A stretch of 64,000 nt of DNA from a virus (IMGVR_UViG_3300014208_000023:192001-256000); one strand, 5' to 3'. Numbered from the stretch's first letter, positions 39,412 to 49,069 are shown. Numbers and translations are program-made. The notes: generated from the letters alone by a model not told the origin.

Positions 39412-40059
39412 ATGTCAGTGTGCCGTAAGTGCAATATATTGCTAACAAATAATAATTGGACGCCGGGTAGACGGATAGGTAAGAATTATATTTGCCAATC
39501 TTGCGCAGTTATAGTTCGTAAAATATCTTATGATGGACGCAAAGAAATTGAGCAGTCCGTCCAAAAGGCCAGGGCAAAATTTGAAAAACAAGAAACCATA
39601 AAATTCTATGGCTCTTCCTGCGCTAGTTGTGGATTAAACGAAATTAAAAAGCTAACTATCGACCATATTGATAACACTGGCGGGAAACATCGCAAAACAG
39701 GTATTGGTGACATATATGGATGGCTTTATCGTAATAAGTTTCCAACTGATAATTTTCAACTGCTATGTTATAATTGTAATTGCACCAAAACCATAGCTTT
39801 TAATGATAAACACCATCTTCGCAACAAAGAAAAAGTGATGGCCGCTTATGGCGGCCAATGTAATGATTGTGGCGTATCAGAATTAAAATATCTCACGATA
39901 GACCATTCCAACAACGATGGCGCAGAACAACGTCGGAGCCTATCTTGCGGCAAAGGCTCCATATTTTACAGATGGCTTATAGCAAACAATTTTCCGAAAA
40001 ACTTGGGGCTACAAGTATTATGCTATAACTGTAATTGTAGTAAGCTCACTTCTGATTAG
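39412..40059 (+). mobile_element. Free-standing HNH-type endonuclease with a tandem-duplicated nuclease domain
   Basis: Two copies of CxxC...LTIDH...GxxHR/QR...YxWL..N.FP...Q.LCYNCN plus an N-terminal CxxC...CxxC; antisense insertion upstream of terL. Confidence 0.8.
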
Positions 40060-40619
40060 AAGGCAGTCGGAGACATTACATTCAATGGGTTATTATCTTT
40101 AACCGTATTGTTGTCTATGTCAAGGTCTACTTTTCCATCGGCCTTATCATCCTCTTCGGGATGCATTTGGCTTTTAAGTTTGTTAATATATTCCTCGACA
40201 TCTGATGGAATATTTTCTCCATTAGGTATCGCGTTTTTATATTTTGGTTCTTGAAGAATAAGATCTCCAATTGCACTAACCGCAGATCCTGGAAACACAT
40301 CTAATTTATCCTTAATGAAATCTTTCATATCAGGAAATTTTTTAAACATTTCAGGCTCGTCGGATGCTTGCTTTTGAAGAATTTCAAATAAGCCAGTTCG
40401 TTTTTGCATATCAAGAACGGCCTCTTCTACGCTGGAATATTTTGACTTAGCATTACCAAGTATTTGATTGATCTCATCAAATATCGTAGCATCTTCTTTG
40501 CGAGATTTTACCGAATATTTTTCTACGGCATCAAAATAATCTTTTGCCCAAGAAGGATCTTCGTTTGAATATGTAGAGAAGCTTTTGTCTCTAGAAATTT
40601 TGCCACCAAATCTGCTCAT
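40056..40619 (-). CDS. Hypothetical head-module protein
   Basis: 187 aa with a QKQAS site. Confidence 0.5.
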   Translation of the reverse strand: MSRFGGKISRDKSFSTYSNEDPSWAKDYFDAVEKYSVKSRKEDATIFDEINQILGNAKSKYSSVEEAVLDMQKRTGLFEILQKQASDEPEMFKKFPDMKDFIKDKLDVFPGSAVSAIGDLILQEPKYKNAIPNGENIPSDVEEYINKLKSQMHPEEDDKADGKVDLDIDNNTVKDNNPLNVMSPTAF

Positions 40620-40623
40620 TTTA

Positions 40624-41439
40624 TTATGCCCTATAGTTGGAGGCTAGATCGCCACGGCCATTGTCAATTTCAACGTCTTCATCTGGAAGCATAAGTCGAT
40701 CGTCGCGAAGTGGGAATCCCATATCTTCTAGGTGCTGAATAAGCTCGGCCTGCTCTCTGGTATTTAGGCTATATTTTTTAACCTGCTCACGATAAAGAGA
40801 TGGTAAATCGTGCCCAGCAGAAACGGTTCCATTTATACACACACGCGCGCATCTAGAAATAATTAGTGGAACTGTTACGATAATTCCGCCAGTATATGGG
40901 GTTCGCGCTTCCTTAACCATTTTTCCATCAGATTCTCCAGCAGCAGCTTTGTTGCTGTAGTCAGTTTCATGACGTTGCTCAAAAATGCTTTTTAAGGTCT
41001 TGATTGATTCAAAAATCCACTTACGAACAGTTTCTATGGCCTTAACATCTATGTCACCATCATAATCCGTAGAAATTGCTCTTGATATTTCTTTGTTGAA
41101 ACGCTCTAGATAACTAATTCCTCTTTCTATTGCTGTGGTCTCATTACCACTCATGTCTGGTATTGAATTAAGTCTATCCTGACACCATTCCATAAATTTT
41201 TCTAGACCCATTGATTGCCAGTCCCAACGATCTTTCGGTCCCTTTTCTTTGGTAGCTTTTGGGGAGTGTGATTCCTCAGAAACCTCAATAACTCCGGCAG
41301 TTGGAAGAGTTGGGAAATGAAACGCATGATTATCGTTGCTAGGCTGATGCAGCTCTACAACGTCATCCATTTTAGGCATTTCGTCAAATATGATAACTTC
41401 ATTTTCTGGGTTTTCTAGGGCGCTCTTAAAAAGTGGCAT
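40624..41439 (-). CDS. Hypothetical head-module protein
   Basis: 271 aa with an MVKEAR site; SD GGAG and promoter motif upstream. Confidence 0.55.
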   Translation of the reverse strand: MPLFKSALENPENEVIIFDEMPKMDDVVELHQPSNDNHAFHFPTLPTAGVIEVSEESHSPKATKEKGPKDRWDWQSMGLEKFMEWCQDRLNSIPDMSGNETTAIERGISYLERFNKEISRAISTDYDGDIDVKAIETVRKWIFESIKTLKSIFEQRHETDYSNKAAAGESDGKMVKEARTPYTGGIIVTVPLIISRCARVCINGTVSAGHDLPSLYREQVKKYSLNTREQAELIQHLEDMGFPLRDDRLMLPDEDVEIDNGRGDLASNYRA

Positions 41440-41456
41440 GGATCTCCATCATTATA

Positions 41457-43136
41457 TTATTTTATTGCAAGTTTGGTAAATAGGTTTGCCATTTCTTCTA
41501 TGTTAATTGACTCTAAAAGGCCGTTAGATTGATAGATATTGTTATACGGATTATTAACAACATTTTCTGAATCTTCTTCGTTTGGCTTTCCAACATGCTC
41601 GGCTAATGGGAAGGCAAATAATCCCTCATCGCCGTGCATTGATGAATACATTGACCCGCTAAAATCAGATGGGTTTAGCAATGTTTCGCCAGTATCTCCG
41701 CCATCTTCTCCCTCATCCTTATCTTGCTCTTCTACCGCCTTAATTGCAGGATCATTTTCTTTTCGATCCATAGTAGATTCTAGGTCATCATTTAAAACTA
41801 TTGGAAAATTATCAGTATCATACTCATCAATACCGGTATAATAGGCCTGCTTTTCAATGTCACCTAAATATCTGCGATCTATTTTCCATATATCTATATC
41901 GGAAGGATCTATTTTGGCTCCCTGTATTTTTTTCCAATTATATCCTCCTCCGGTCTCATAAACGCCAGGAGAAATATCTACACCGAAAGCCTCAGCGTCA
42001 TTATAAACAACTATAAATGCGTGATCGTCGCCATCATGACCACCATCGGTAAGATCTACTTCCGGTATTGCAGATGAAATGACAGATCCCATGGCCTGCG
42101 CTACCTGGTCACAAACGCCACCAGAGCCAAGATCCTCGCTGATACCATCTTCGTCTTGAAGCCATCCATCAACTATATGCTGTGCGGCTACTGCAAATTG
42201 TGATCTTAATTCATTTAATTTAGAATATAGATTAGTTTTTGAGGCCAATTTCATATCCTTAATTTTTTTAATGACTTTTTTACGTTTCTTTTTGTTCTTT
42301 CTTCTATAATCGGAAATGCTCTTATAGTCTGGCATATTGGCGTAAAATCCTTCGCCATAATCCATATTGCGTTTAAGCTGTGCCGTTTTCGATCCTTTTG
42401 GATAGTGAGCATAAAGCGATTCTGGTATTGGTAATGATTTCCACAAATCCAAAGACGTTATTGATTCGGCAGTTTTCTCTACTCCATATGCGGCAGCTTT
42501 ATTTAGATTTTTAGTTATATATCCAGGATCTATATGTGCCAATAAATCTTTATTGTTTTTTATAAAATCTATAATTTTTGGATCTATAGCGAACCCTAAT
42601 TTTGCGGACAAGTATATTACTCTAATGATCCTATTGACATTATATTTAAGAGTAATTTCGGGATCTACACAAGTTCTAATTATTTTAGATTTAATATCTT
42701 TGGCGCCCATCTTTGTGGGATCTGAAATTTTATTAAGTCCAAAATCCATCAATAATGAATTGCAAGTAAAATCTCTAGAATATGCCTCACGCATTAAATT
42801 AGTAGGATTTTTAACGCCTTTTTTTAGAAGCTCACCATCAATATTTGGAAGTATAAAGTTAGATGAAAAATCTAGTTTTAATCCCCCTAAAAATATAGAG
42901 GTATGGCCATCATCCATTAATTTAGATTTAACGGAAAATGTTCTGCCTAAATCAAGCTCCACTTCTTTAGCCAAATTTTTAATACTTGACTCGCCATTAG
43001 TTATGTCGATATCCTCTAATTTTGTTAGAGTTCCCATAAACTTTTCGCGAACTGCTCCGCCACAAATCATTGGCGTAGCAATATTGTTCTTTTTTGCTAT
43101 TCCTTCAATTTTGGCTAGTAATTCGCGTAGTTTCAA
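41457..43136 (-). CDS. Class II tRNA nucleotidyltransferase/poly(A) polymerase-family domain fused to further modules
   Basis: ICGGAVRE...EDIDIT (DxD), SRDFTCNSL, NRIIRVIY..KLGF; TTG start; no HD domain; C-terminal half punctuated by KTAQ, KLAS and KQAY. Confidence 0.8.
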   Translation of the reverse strand: MKLRELLAKIEGIAKKNNIATPMICGGAVREKFMGTLTKLEDIDITNGESSIKNLAKEVELDLGRTFSVKSKLMDDGHTSIFLGGLKLDFSSNFILPNIDGELLKKGVKNPTNLMREAYSRDFTCNSLLMDFGLNKISDPTKMGAKDIKSKIIRTCVDPEITLKYNVNRIIRVIYLSAKLGFAIDPKIIDFIKNNKDLLAHIDPGYITKNLNKAAAYGVEKTAESITSLDLWKSLPIPESLYAHYPKGSKTAQLKRNMDYGEGFYANMPDYKSISDYRRKNKKKRKKVIKKIKDMKLASKTNLYSKLNELRSQFAVAAQHIVDGWLQDEDGISEDLGSGGVCDQVAQAMGSVISSAIPEVDLTDGGHDGDDHAFIVVYNDAEAFGVDISPGVYETGGGYNWKKIQGAKIDPSDIDIWKIDRRYLGDIEKQAYYTGIDEYDTDNFPIVLNDDLESTMDRKENDPAIKAVEEQDKDEGEDGGDTGETLLNPSDFSGSMYSSMHGDEGLFAFPLAEHVGKPNEEDSENVVNNPYNNIYQSNGLLESINIEEMANLFTKLAIK

Positions 43137-43137
43137 T

Positions 43138-44787
43138 CTACGCTCCTGGTGGAACTAGGGCTTTTGGTTTTGGAGCCGGAACTGCTGGCCTTTTAGGTTC
43201 TAGTGGAGCCTCTGCCAATTCTGCGCCAGGGCTTTCAACTTCAATTTCTGGCTTATCGGTATCTTCAAGCTGAAGTTTTTTGTTATTAACCTCTTTGCGC
43301 ATTTCTTTGCGATCTTCCTCTTTCTTCTCTTCGCTTTCAAGATGACGCTGTAGAAGTTGAGCTTCTGGATCGGTCTCTTCTTGGTTTCTTGTAAGATCGA
43401 TTTTTCCTTTGCCAAGTCCGCTTTGTAGAGTTGAAATAATATCATCCATACGAGTTGCGGAATAATTAAGGCAGTCCAAATTTTTCTGCTGAACTTCAGA
43501 GAAGTTTGAGAAGTAAGGAGTTAATCCTAATCTTGAAAGCATAAGATCAGCAAGAGCTAATTGACGATTGATCTCTTTTCTTTTGAAAATAAGATTGATA
43601 TCCTGAAGTTTTGCTAGCAAATCTTCCATTGTTAATTTATCAAATGCCGAATTTACTAGCGCATCAAAATCACTAGCCGGGGCCACTTCCTTAAGGCCTT
43701 TAGAGCTTGTAGGTTTTGCCGTTGGATTTTCTCCATCTGGGCGTTTTTCTTTCTGAATTTTATTTGGAAGATTTTCTTTTGTAAGTCTAGCGTCTTGTCC
43801 GGTTACCACTAGCTCATCGTCTGAAAAATCAACAAAAGCCTCAACCTCTACTTCATCCTCATCCATAACAACTTCATCTTCTGGGCTATCGTCGTTATTT
43901 AGCTCTTCTTTATTTATTTTGGCGCCATCAGTTATGCCGGCGCCTTTAGTATTATCTATGAATCCATCAATTCCTGTTAATGGGGCTTCTTCCGGCTCTG
44001 CGGCACCAGGCGGAACTGGATTCAAGTTTGGCATTGGTGCTCCCAAATTTCCAAGTCCTTGAGGTATGCTTCCGCCTACTGGTGTTTGGCCCATTGCTAG
44101 GTCTCCTGTATTTCCAGGAGTTTGCTGGGCGAGTTTAATCATAATATCGGCGCCTACCATACAATTTTTACGTTGAAGTATTCCGGCGTGCTTTATGAGC
44201 AAATCAACGCACGTTCTCGCAGATAAGGCCAGTCTGCCTTGAGTGCTTATCATCATCTTTAGGTCATGAACTGACTTAAGTAATGATTTGTAATCTTTAC
44301 CAGAAAACAAATATCCACGCTGTGTGTTTAAGTGTTTTTCTATAGAATTAAGTCTTCCTAATAAAACTTTACGAAATGCTTCATTAGCAGCATCTTCATC
44401 TGCCTTTTGTAGTCCTGGCTGAAATCCATCAGCAACATAGTTTGCCTCTTGAGCAATATCATTAATGCTTTTTATTGGCGATGGAACTGGATGTTTTGCT
44501 CCAGGAGGATTGGGCATATAATAGTTGCCCTCTTCGCTGTAATAAGAATTTTGTGCAGTTTTGTATTTATATACTTCTCCACTTTCGTAATATTTCATCC
44601 AATTACTAAAATTGTATTTTTCTGCGGCAGTCCAGTCGCCAACAATAGCTTCTGTGGCGGCCGTTTTATTAAGCCCTAAACGGACCTTGACATAAATATC
44701 TCGAAGAGCAGATGTCCAACGCTCAAGGTTATAGACTGTAGACATTGGCATATACTCACTATAGTTTGGGTAAGCTTCTTTTATCAC
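43138..44787 (-). CDS. Putative inner-head/scaffold-like protein
   Basis: GTG start; MIKEAY, YKTAQ and IKLAQ sites; acidic linker and coiled coil. Confidence 0.55.
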   Translation of the reverse strand: MIKEAYPNYSEYMPMSTVYNLERWTSALRDIYVKVRLGLNKTAATEAIVGDWTAAEKYNFSNWMKYYESGEVYKYKTAQNSYYSEEGNYYMPNPPGAKHPVPSPIKSINDIAQEANYVADGFQPGLQKADEDAANEAFRKVLLGRLNSIEKHLNTQRGYLFSGKDYKSLLKSVHDLKMMISTQGRLALSARTCVDLLIKHAGILQRKNCMVGADIMIKLAQQTPGNTGDLAMGQTPVGGSIPQGLGNLGAPMPNLNPVPPGAAEPEEAPLTGIDGFIDNTKGAGITDGAKINKEELNNDDSPEDEVVMDEDEVEVEAFVDFSDDELVVTGQDARLTKENLPNKIQKEKRPDGENPTAKPTSSKGLKEVAPASDFDALVNSAFDKLTMEDLLAKLQDINLIFKRKEINRQLALADLMLSRLGLTPYFSNFSEVQQKNLDCLNYSATRMDDIISTLQSGLGKGKIDLTRNQEETDPEAQLLQRHLESEEKKEEDRKEMRKEVNNKKLQLEDTDKPEIEVESPGAELAEAPLEPKRPAVPAPKPKALVPPGA

Positions 44788-44807
44788 AAGTGAATGCGAA
44801 ATAATAG

Positions 44808-45548
44808 CTAAATATCGAGCTTGTCTTTGATTTTGCCTTCAATCTCATAGGCCGCGTCAAGCCTCTTATCCATCGGAATAACTGACTCTTCGCTAGCTTT
44901 TAGCTCTGAAAGTCTTTTCGTAAATAATTCAGTAAATAACAAAGACGTTTCGTAGTCTAACTGCGCTAATATTTCTCGTATAACACCATATACCATATTT
45001 ATGTGACTATCGACTAACTGAATGCTGATATTATTCTGAATAGTTACTTGCTCTGGGTTGCCGTTAGTAACTAAATCGAATTTTTCCAAGGTATTTAATA
45101 GAAGCGTGAACCACTCAATCAGGGTCCTATCCATCTTAATGTTTCTAGGATCTCTTTGGATGTGATCAAAAACCTGCTCGGCTCTGTGCTCTATGGATAT
45201 CACTAGCCTTTTAATAACTGTTTTTATATCTAATTCTTTATCGGCAATATCTAAAAGTTTCTTTTTATATGCCTCATTGCCCTTGATTTCTTCCATAGCA
45301 TCTTCAGGCTCTACCGCTAAATTGAACTGGGTTTTAAGAAGGTCTTCTCTTATTGTAGAATAAAAATCTAAATATTCATCCTTAAATATAGTTAAATTCT
45401 TCTTTGTTATAAGAAGCTGCTTCTGCCCATTGTATTTGGCCTTAAGCCAGTCCGCAATGTCTTCCTCAGATATTTCAGATATTAATTTTGTTATAATCTC
45501 ATCCTTATCTGGATGAGAAGTAATTTGATCCGCTACTTGCTTGGCCAT
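44808..45548 (-). CDS. Hypothetical protein, candidate terminase small subunit
   Basis: N-terminal HPDKDEIITKL...EDIADWL HTH-like segment, helical oligomerisation body, near terL. Confidence 0.3.
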   Translation of the reverse strand: MAKQVADQITSHPDKDEIITKLISEISEEDIADWLKAKYNGQKQLLITKKNLTIFKDEYLDFYSTIREDLLKTQFNLAVEPEDAMEEIKGNEAYKKKLLDIADKELDIKTVIKRLVISIEHRAEQVFDHIQRDPRNIKMDRTLIEWFTLLLNTLEKFDLVTNGNPEQVTIQNNISIQLVDSHINMVYGVIREILAQLDYETSLLFTELFTKRLSELKASEESVIPMDKRLDAAYEIEGKIKDKLDI

Positions 45549-46480
45549 TATTCTCCAGGGTTATATCCCATACGTGTCGCGCGGCTATCAAACGTTGTAA
45601 ATGTATTGTGATGATCGGAGGCATTTTGCTCTTGAACAGTGCTGCCTGGAACTTTATTTCCTTTTTGAGTAGTAAAGCCTTCATCCCAATTATATGATTT
45701 GCCGTCTAGAGCGCAACGAACCGTATGCTCACCAACTCTATATGTTGAAACTCCGGCATGATCTGGACAGTATCGTGTTGAAAGAGGTTCTTCCATTACA
45801 CGATATTCTTTATATACCGGACTTTTCTCGATATCTTTAATCGCCTGAGCTATATGATTGCCTTCTAGCTGTGATTCTCTGGTATCGTTATATTTTTTTT
45901 TTAATTGCTCAATACGATCGTCATAATCGGCCGTAGAGAATAAATAAGAATTTTTTGGAGACGCTAAAGTTAGTAGAAGGTCATCCAAAACGGCGGCTTG
46001 TTTTTGTAGAAGTTCGTCATCTGATTCGGCAAAAGCCTCGGCTACTGCGGCAATTTCATCTAGTTTTTGTGGAGTAAGTGCTTCTGGAGCAGGCTCAAGT
46101 GCTGCAATATCCTCGGCGGCTTCACGTAAAGCATCTGCGGCCTTCATAAATGAGAGGGCGACCTTATCCAATACGTCATTATCTTCTGCGGCAATTAAGG
46201 TTTCATTTTCTGAGCTTTCGAGGGCTTCAGCCATTTTAAGTAATTGATTTGATGATATTTTACCTTCAACAGGCATTTTGTTATGCTTAAGGCCTTTGTT
46301 GTCTTTATTAATTGCCCACTGACGAATTAGCACGCTCATTAATTCAAGAGATTTATCTAATGACGCAAGTAGTTCTTCGCATACTGGATCAGTAGCCAAT
46401 GAGCGGTCTTCTAATAGTTGTTCGGCCTTATAGCTTAATCCACGACAAGCTTCATTTATTTCTTCTAAAATTCTAGTCAT
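45548..46480 (-). CDS. Helical head-module protein with a C-terminal Zn ribbon
   Basis: TRYCPDHAGV...RCALDG; acidic helical hairpins. Confidence 0.5.
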   Translation of the reverse strand: MTRILEEINEACRGLSYKAEQLLEDRSLATDPVCEELLASLDKSLELMSVLIRQWAINKDNKGLKHNKMPVEGKISSNQLLKMAEALESSENETLIAAEDNDVLDKVALSFMKAADALREAAEDIAALEPAPEALTPQKLDEIAAVAEAFAESDDELLQKQAAVLDDLLLTLASPKNSYLFSTADYDDRIEQLKKKYNDTRESQLEGNHIAQAIKDIEKSPVYKEYRVMEEPLSTRYCPDHAGVSTYRVGEHTVRCALDGKSYNWDEGFTTQKGNKVPGSTVQEQNASDHHNTFTTFDSRATRMGYNPGE

Positions 46481-46487
46481 TTTTTCC

Positions 46488-47948
46488 TTAGTAAAGAATC
46501 TTTGAGTTCATAAAGTAAGCACCTTCATAGCTATCTTCCATTCCTTTACGAGACATCGGGCGGCAATCTCCATGCTTATCCTGAAATACTTTATTGAGGG
46601 GAAGATTTAGGTGACCACAAACTGGTTGTGTACTATTTGCAGTTTTAACGATTCTAGAGCACTTTGCGGTAGAAGCCTCCTTCTTAACGCTTGATAGGCC
46701 ACTAGTGTATTCGTCAAGAGCAATCTTATAGGCTTTGGCATCATCCATATTGGCTAGAACATTAAGGGCATCTTCTGCTTTTGCGTAATTTCCTTCTTCG
46801 GTAGCTTCTCGAACCGTCTCAACTAAATCAGACGCTTTAAGTGTGAATAACGGAGAAACAATTGCTGCAACCTTATTATCAGTAAGTTCGGCCGATTGAA
46901 GGCTTTGTATTCCGTCAGCAGTAAATGACTCAATGCTTCCTTTGCAAAGAATAACGGCCGGCTCTTGTAGTCTTCCGGACTCTATTTTAACTGGAACCTT
47001 GAATGCAACACCATCACAGCTAACTCCGTAAGTAATGCTATCTTTAGTGGCTTCTAATATATTTACCTGATGGCTACGCTTACCAAATCCGTTAAGCTTC
47101 TGGGATATAATGCGTCTTCCCTGCTCTGGCAATTCACCATGCTGAAAAGCAGCGATTCCTTTTGCAGAAGATAGATTGCTGGCAAAAGACTCAACTTCTT
47201 TAGCATCTACGGTTGGCTCGACTAGCTCAGCAAAGGCCTCTCCTACCGATTCGTTGCCATGACTTCCTGCTTTGGTGAAGAAATTAGAAACATAATTCGT
47301 AATGCTTTTCTTGCTAATATAGTGCTGACCATCTTTTCCAGTGAAGAATGATGGGGCAGTGGCGGTTTTGCGGAACATTTCTACTGGAACGTAGAATGAG
47401 GCATTTCCTTGTGGTGTGCGATATGTGGCTGCAACAACTACGACGTTTTCGTCACCAGATACGGCTCTAACTACTGGCTCTAGATTTGGAAATGAACACT
47501 CCATAACGACCGCTTTTTCGGCAGCCTTGGCAATGTCATCTGGCAATCCATTGGCAGTTGGATTAAACGCAGCATTTAAGCTAGCTAAAAGCGTCTTGTC
47601 AGTATCCTGGTAGATATCAAATTCCTGGAAAACTTCTTCTGTGCGTGAAGCGGCGGGCTCAGCAGCAGCCTCAAGTCCTAGCTCCTCGGCAAAGATTTCT
47701 TTGAACTTCGTGTTATGGCTATATAATTTATTATATAGATCCTTAACTTCAGCTCTCGAAATAAATAGCCTATTACCAGCATTCATTCTATCAACAACCA
47801 AAGACATCTGATTGATAGTTTGATCCTCTGGGTTGGCCGCTCCAGATTTGTGCAGCTTTTGGGCGAAGAATGCCAAAGCGATTTTTTCATGTCCGTCAAG
47901 AGCGGATTGAAGATTTGAAATGGCCTTTTTTAGCTCAGAAGGTAGCAT
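46488..47948 (-). CDS. Hypothetical head-module protein
   Basis: 486 aa; KKEAS and VKTAN sites before a C-terminal Cys-containing tail. Confidence 0.55.
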   Translation of the reverse strand: MLPSELKKAISNLQSALDGHEKIALAFFAQKLHKSGAANPEDQTINQMSLVVDRMNAGNRLFISRAEVKDLYNKLYSHNTKFKEIFAEELGLEAAAEPAASRTEEVFQEFDIYQDTDKTLLASLNAAFNPTANGLPDDIAKAAEKAVVMECSFPNLEPVVRAVSGDENVVVVAATYRTPQGNASFYVPVEMFRKTATAPSFFTGKDGQHYISKKSITNYVSNFFTKAGSHGNESVGEAFAELVEPTVDAKEVESFASNLSSAKGIAAFQHGELPEQGRRIISQKLNGFGKRSHQVNILEATKDSITYGVSCDGVAFKVPVKIESGRLQEPAVILCKGSIESFTADGIQSLQSAELTDNKVAAIVSPLFTLKASDLVETVREATEEGNYAKAEDALNVLANMDDAKAYKIALDEYTSGLSSVKKEASTAKCSRIVKTANSTQPVCGHLNLPLNKVFQDKHGDCRPMSRKGMEDSYEGAYFMNSKILY

Positions 47949-48391
47949 TAGAATAGCTCCGGATAAAGTTTTTTAACTTCTGTTTGACGCTCTGGAGATA
48001 GGGCGGAAAACAAAGCCTCAACGAAATGTTGATCGGTTGAAAGTTTAGTTGGCAGAAAATTTACGATGGTATCAGCATCTTCATGAGCGAATTTGGTAAA
48101 TGCCGCTCCTTTATAGAAGAGATGAACATCTCCCTCTTTAGATATCGCTTCCCATTGGTTTTTGGCGCTTGCTTGTTTAATAGGTGATGTTTCTTCGTCA
48201 GTATTGTATCTTGCTACAATATAATCACCATCATCGGCGCTTTGGATCTCCCAAAGTTCATCGATTGGCGCTCCTTGTAGTCTAACAACATCAAAGGCTA
48301 CTCGGATAATTCTATCCTTAACTTCTGACAATTTGTAAGTTTTTTTATCTAGTTTTTCAAGATCAGAATAGTTTAGGTCAAACAGTCCCAT
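47948..48391 (-). CDS. Hypothetical head-module protein
   Basis: 147 aa with an IKQAS site; SD GGAG and promoter motif upstream. Confidence 0.55.
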   Translation of the reverse strand: MGLFDLNYSDLEKLDKKTYKLSEVKDRIIRVAFDVVRLQGAPIDELWEIQSADDGDYIVARYNTDEETSPIKQASAKNQWEAISKEGDVHLFYKGAAFTKFAHEDADTIVNFLPTKLSTDQHFVEALFSALSPERQTEVKKLYPELF

Positions 48392-48470
48392 TAAATATCT
48401 CCAAATGTATGCTTTATTATCCGTTATTGTTCTTTGAGCGCAAGTTTTCTGTGCGACTTGAGATTATATT

Positions 48471-48929
48471 TCAAATATATGTGTTGTTTCGTAAGTCAGA
48501 GATTTTATCCATAATCTCTTTTATGGCTGGGTCTTTATCTACTACCCTAGCTAATTTTTTACAAATGCCACCATAGGAAGCTTTACCATTATCTTTTGAA
48601 TAATCGACATTTCCATTAATGCTTTTCGTAATGCTGCTTTGATTAACACCCAATTTCCTTGCCGCCTCTTGTTGAGTGGCCCCCTCTTTTAATAACTTAA
48701 CTATTTCCAATTGTCTTGGGGTGAGGTGTTCATTTATGATTTTCCAAAAACGCTCTTTGAGTTGATCTTCTAAAATTAGAATGTCCTCATTATAATCAAA
48801 TGGATTCAATTTTTTATATACACTATCATCATTTGAGAACGTCTCCATCATTTCATGGCTAAAGGCTTTCTCCACAAGAAGATGTTGATAAAGCTGACTT
48901 CTCGTTGGTCGTTTTCTCTCTGGGGCCAT
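48471..48929 (-). CDS. Sigma-70 region 4 / LuxR-like HTH transcription factor
   Basis: HLTPRQLEIVKLLKEGATQQEAARKLGVNQSSITK; no region 2 recognisable. Confidence 0.7.
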   Translation of the reverse strand: MAPERKRPTRSQLYQHLLVEKAFSHEMMETFSNDDSVYKKLNPFDYNEDILILEDQLKERFWKIINEHLTPRQLEIVKLLKEGATQQEAARKLGVNQSSITKSINGNVDYSKDNGKASYGGICKKLARVVDKDPAIKEIMDKISDLRNNTYI

Positions 48930-49069
48930 TTGTTCCTATTATTATGCTACAAAATTGTAAGCCTATCTTACGCATAATAATATATCAATGGTTTTAAATT
49001 ATGAGTATAATCAACACATTAGATTGCAATCATTTTTTTGAGCATTAGATATTCTATAATATCATATAC

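Noticed and set aside
46488-47948. Calling this 486-aa ORF the major capsid protein
   Set aside because: The size fits, but I see no HK97-fold features, and no expression signals like those around the cement gene.
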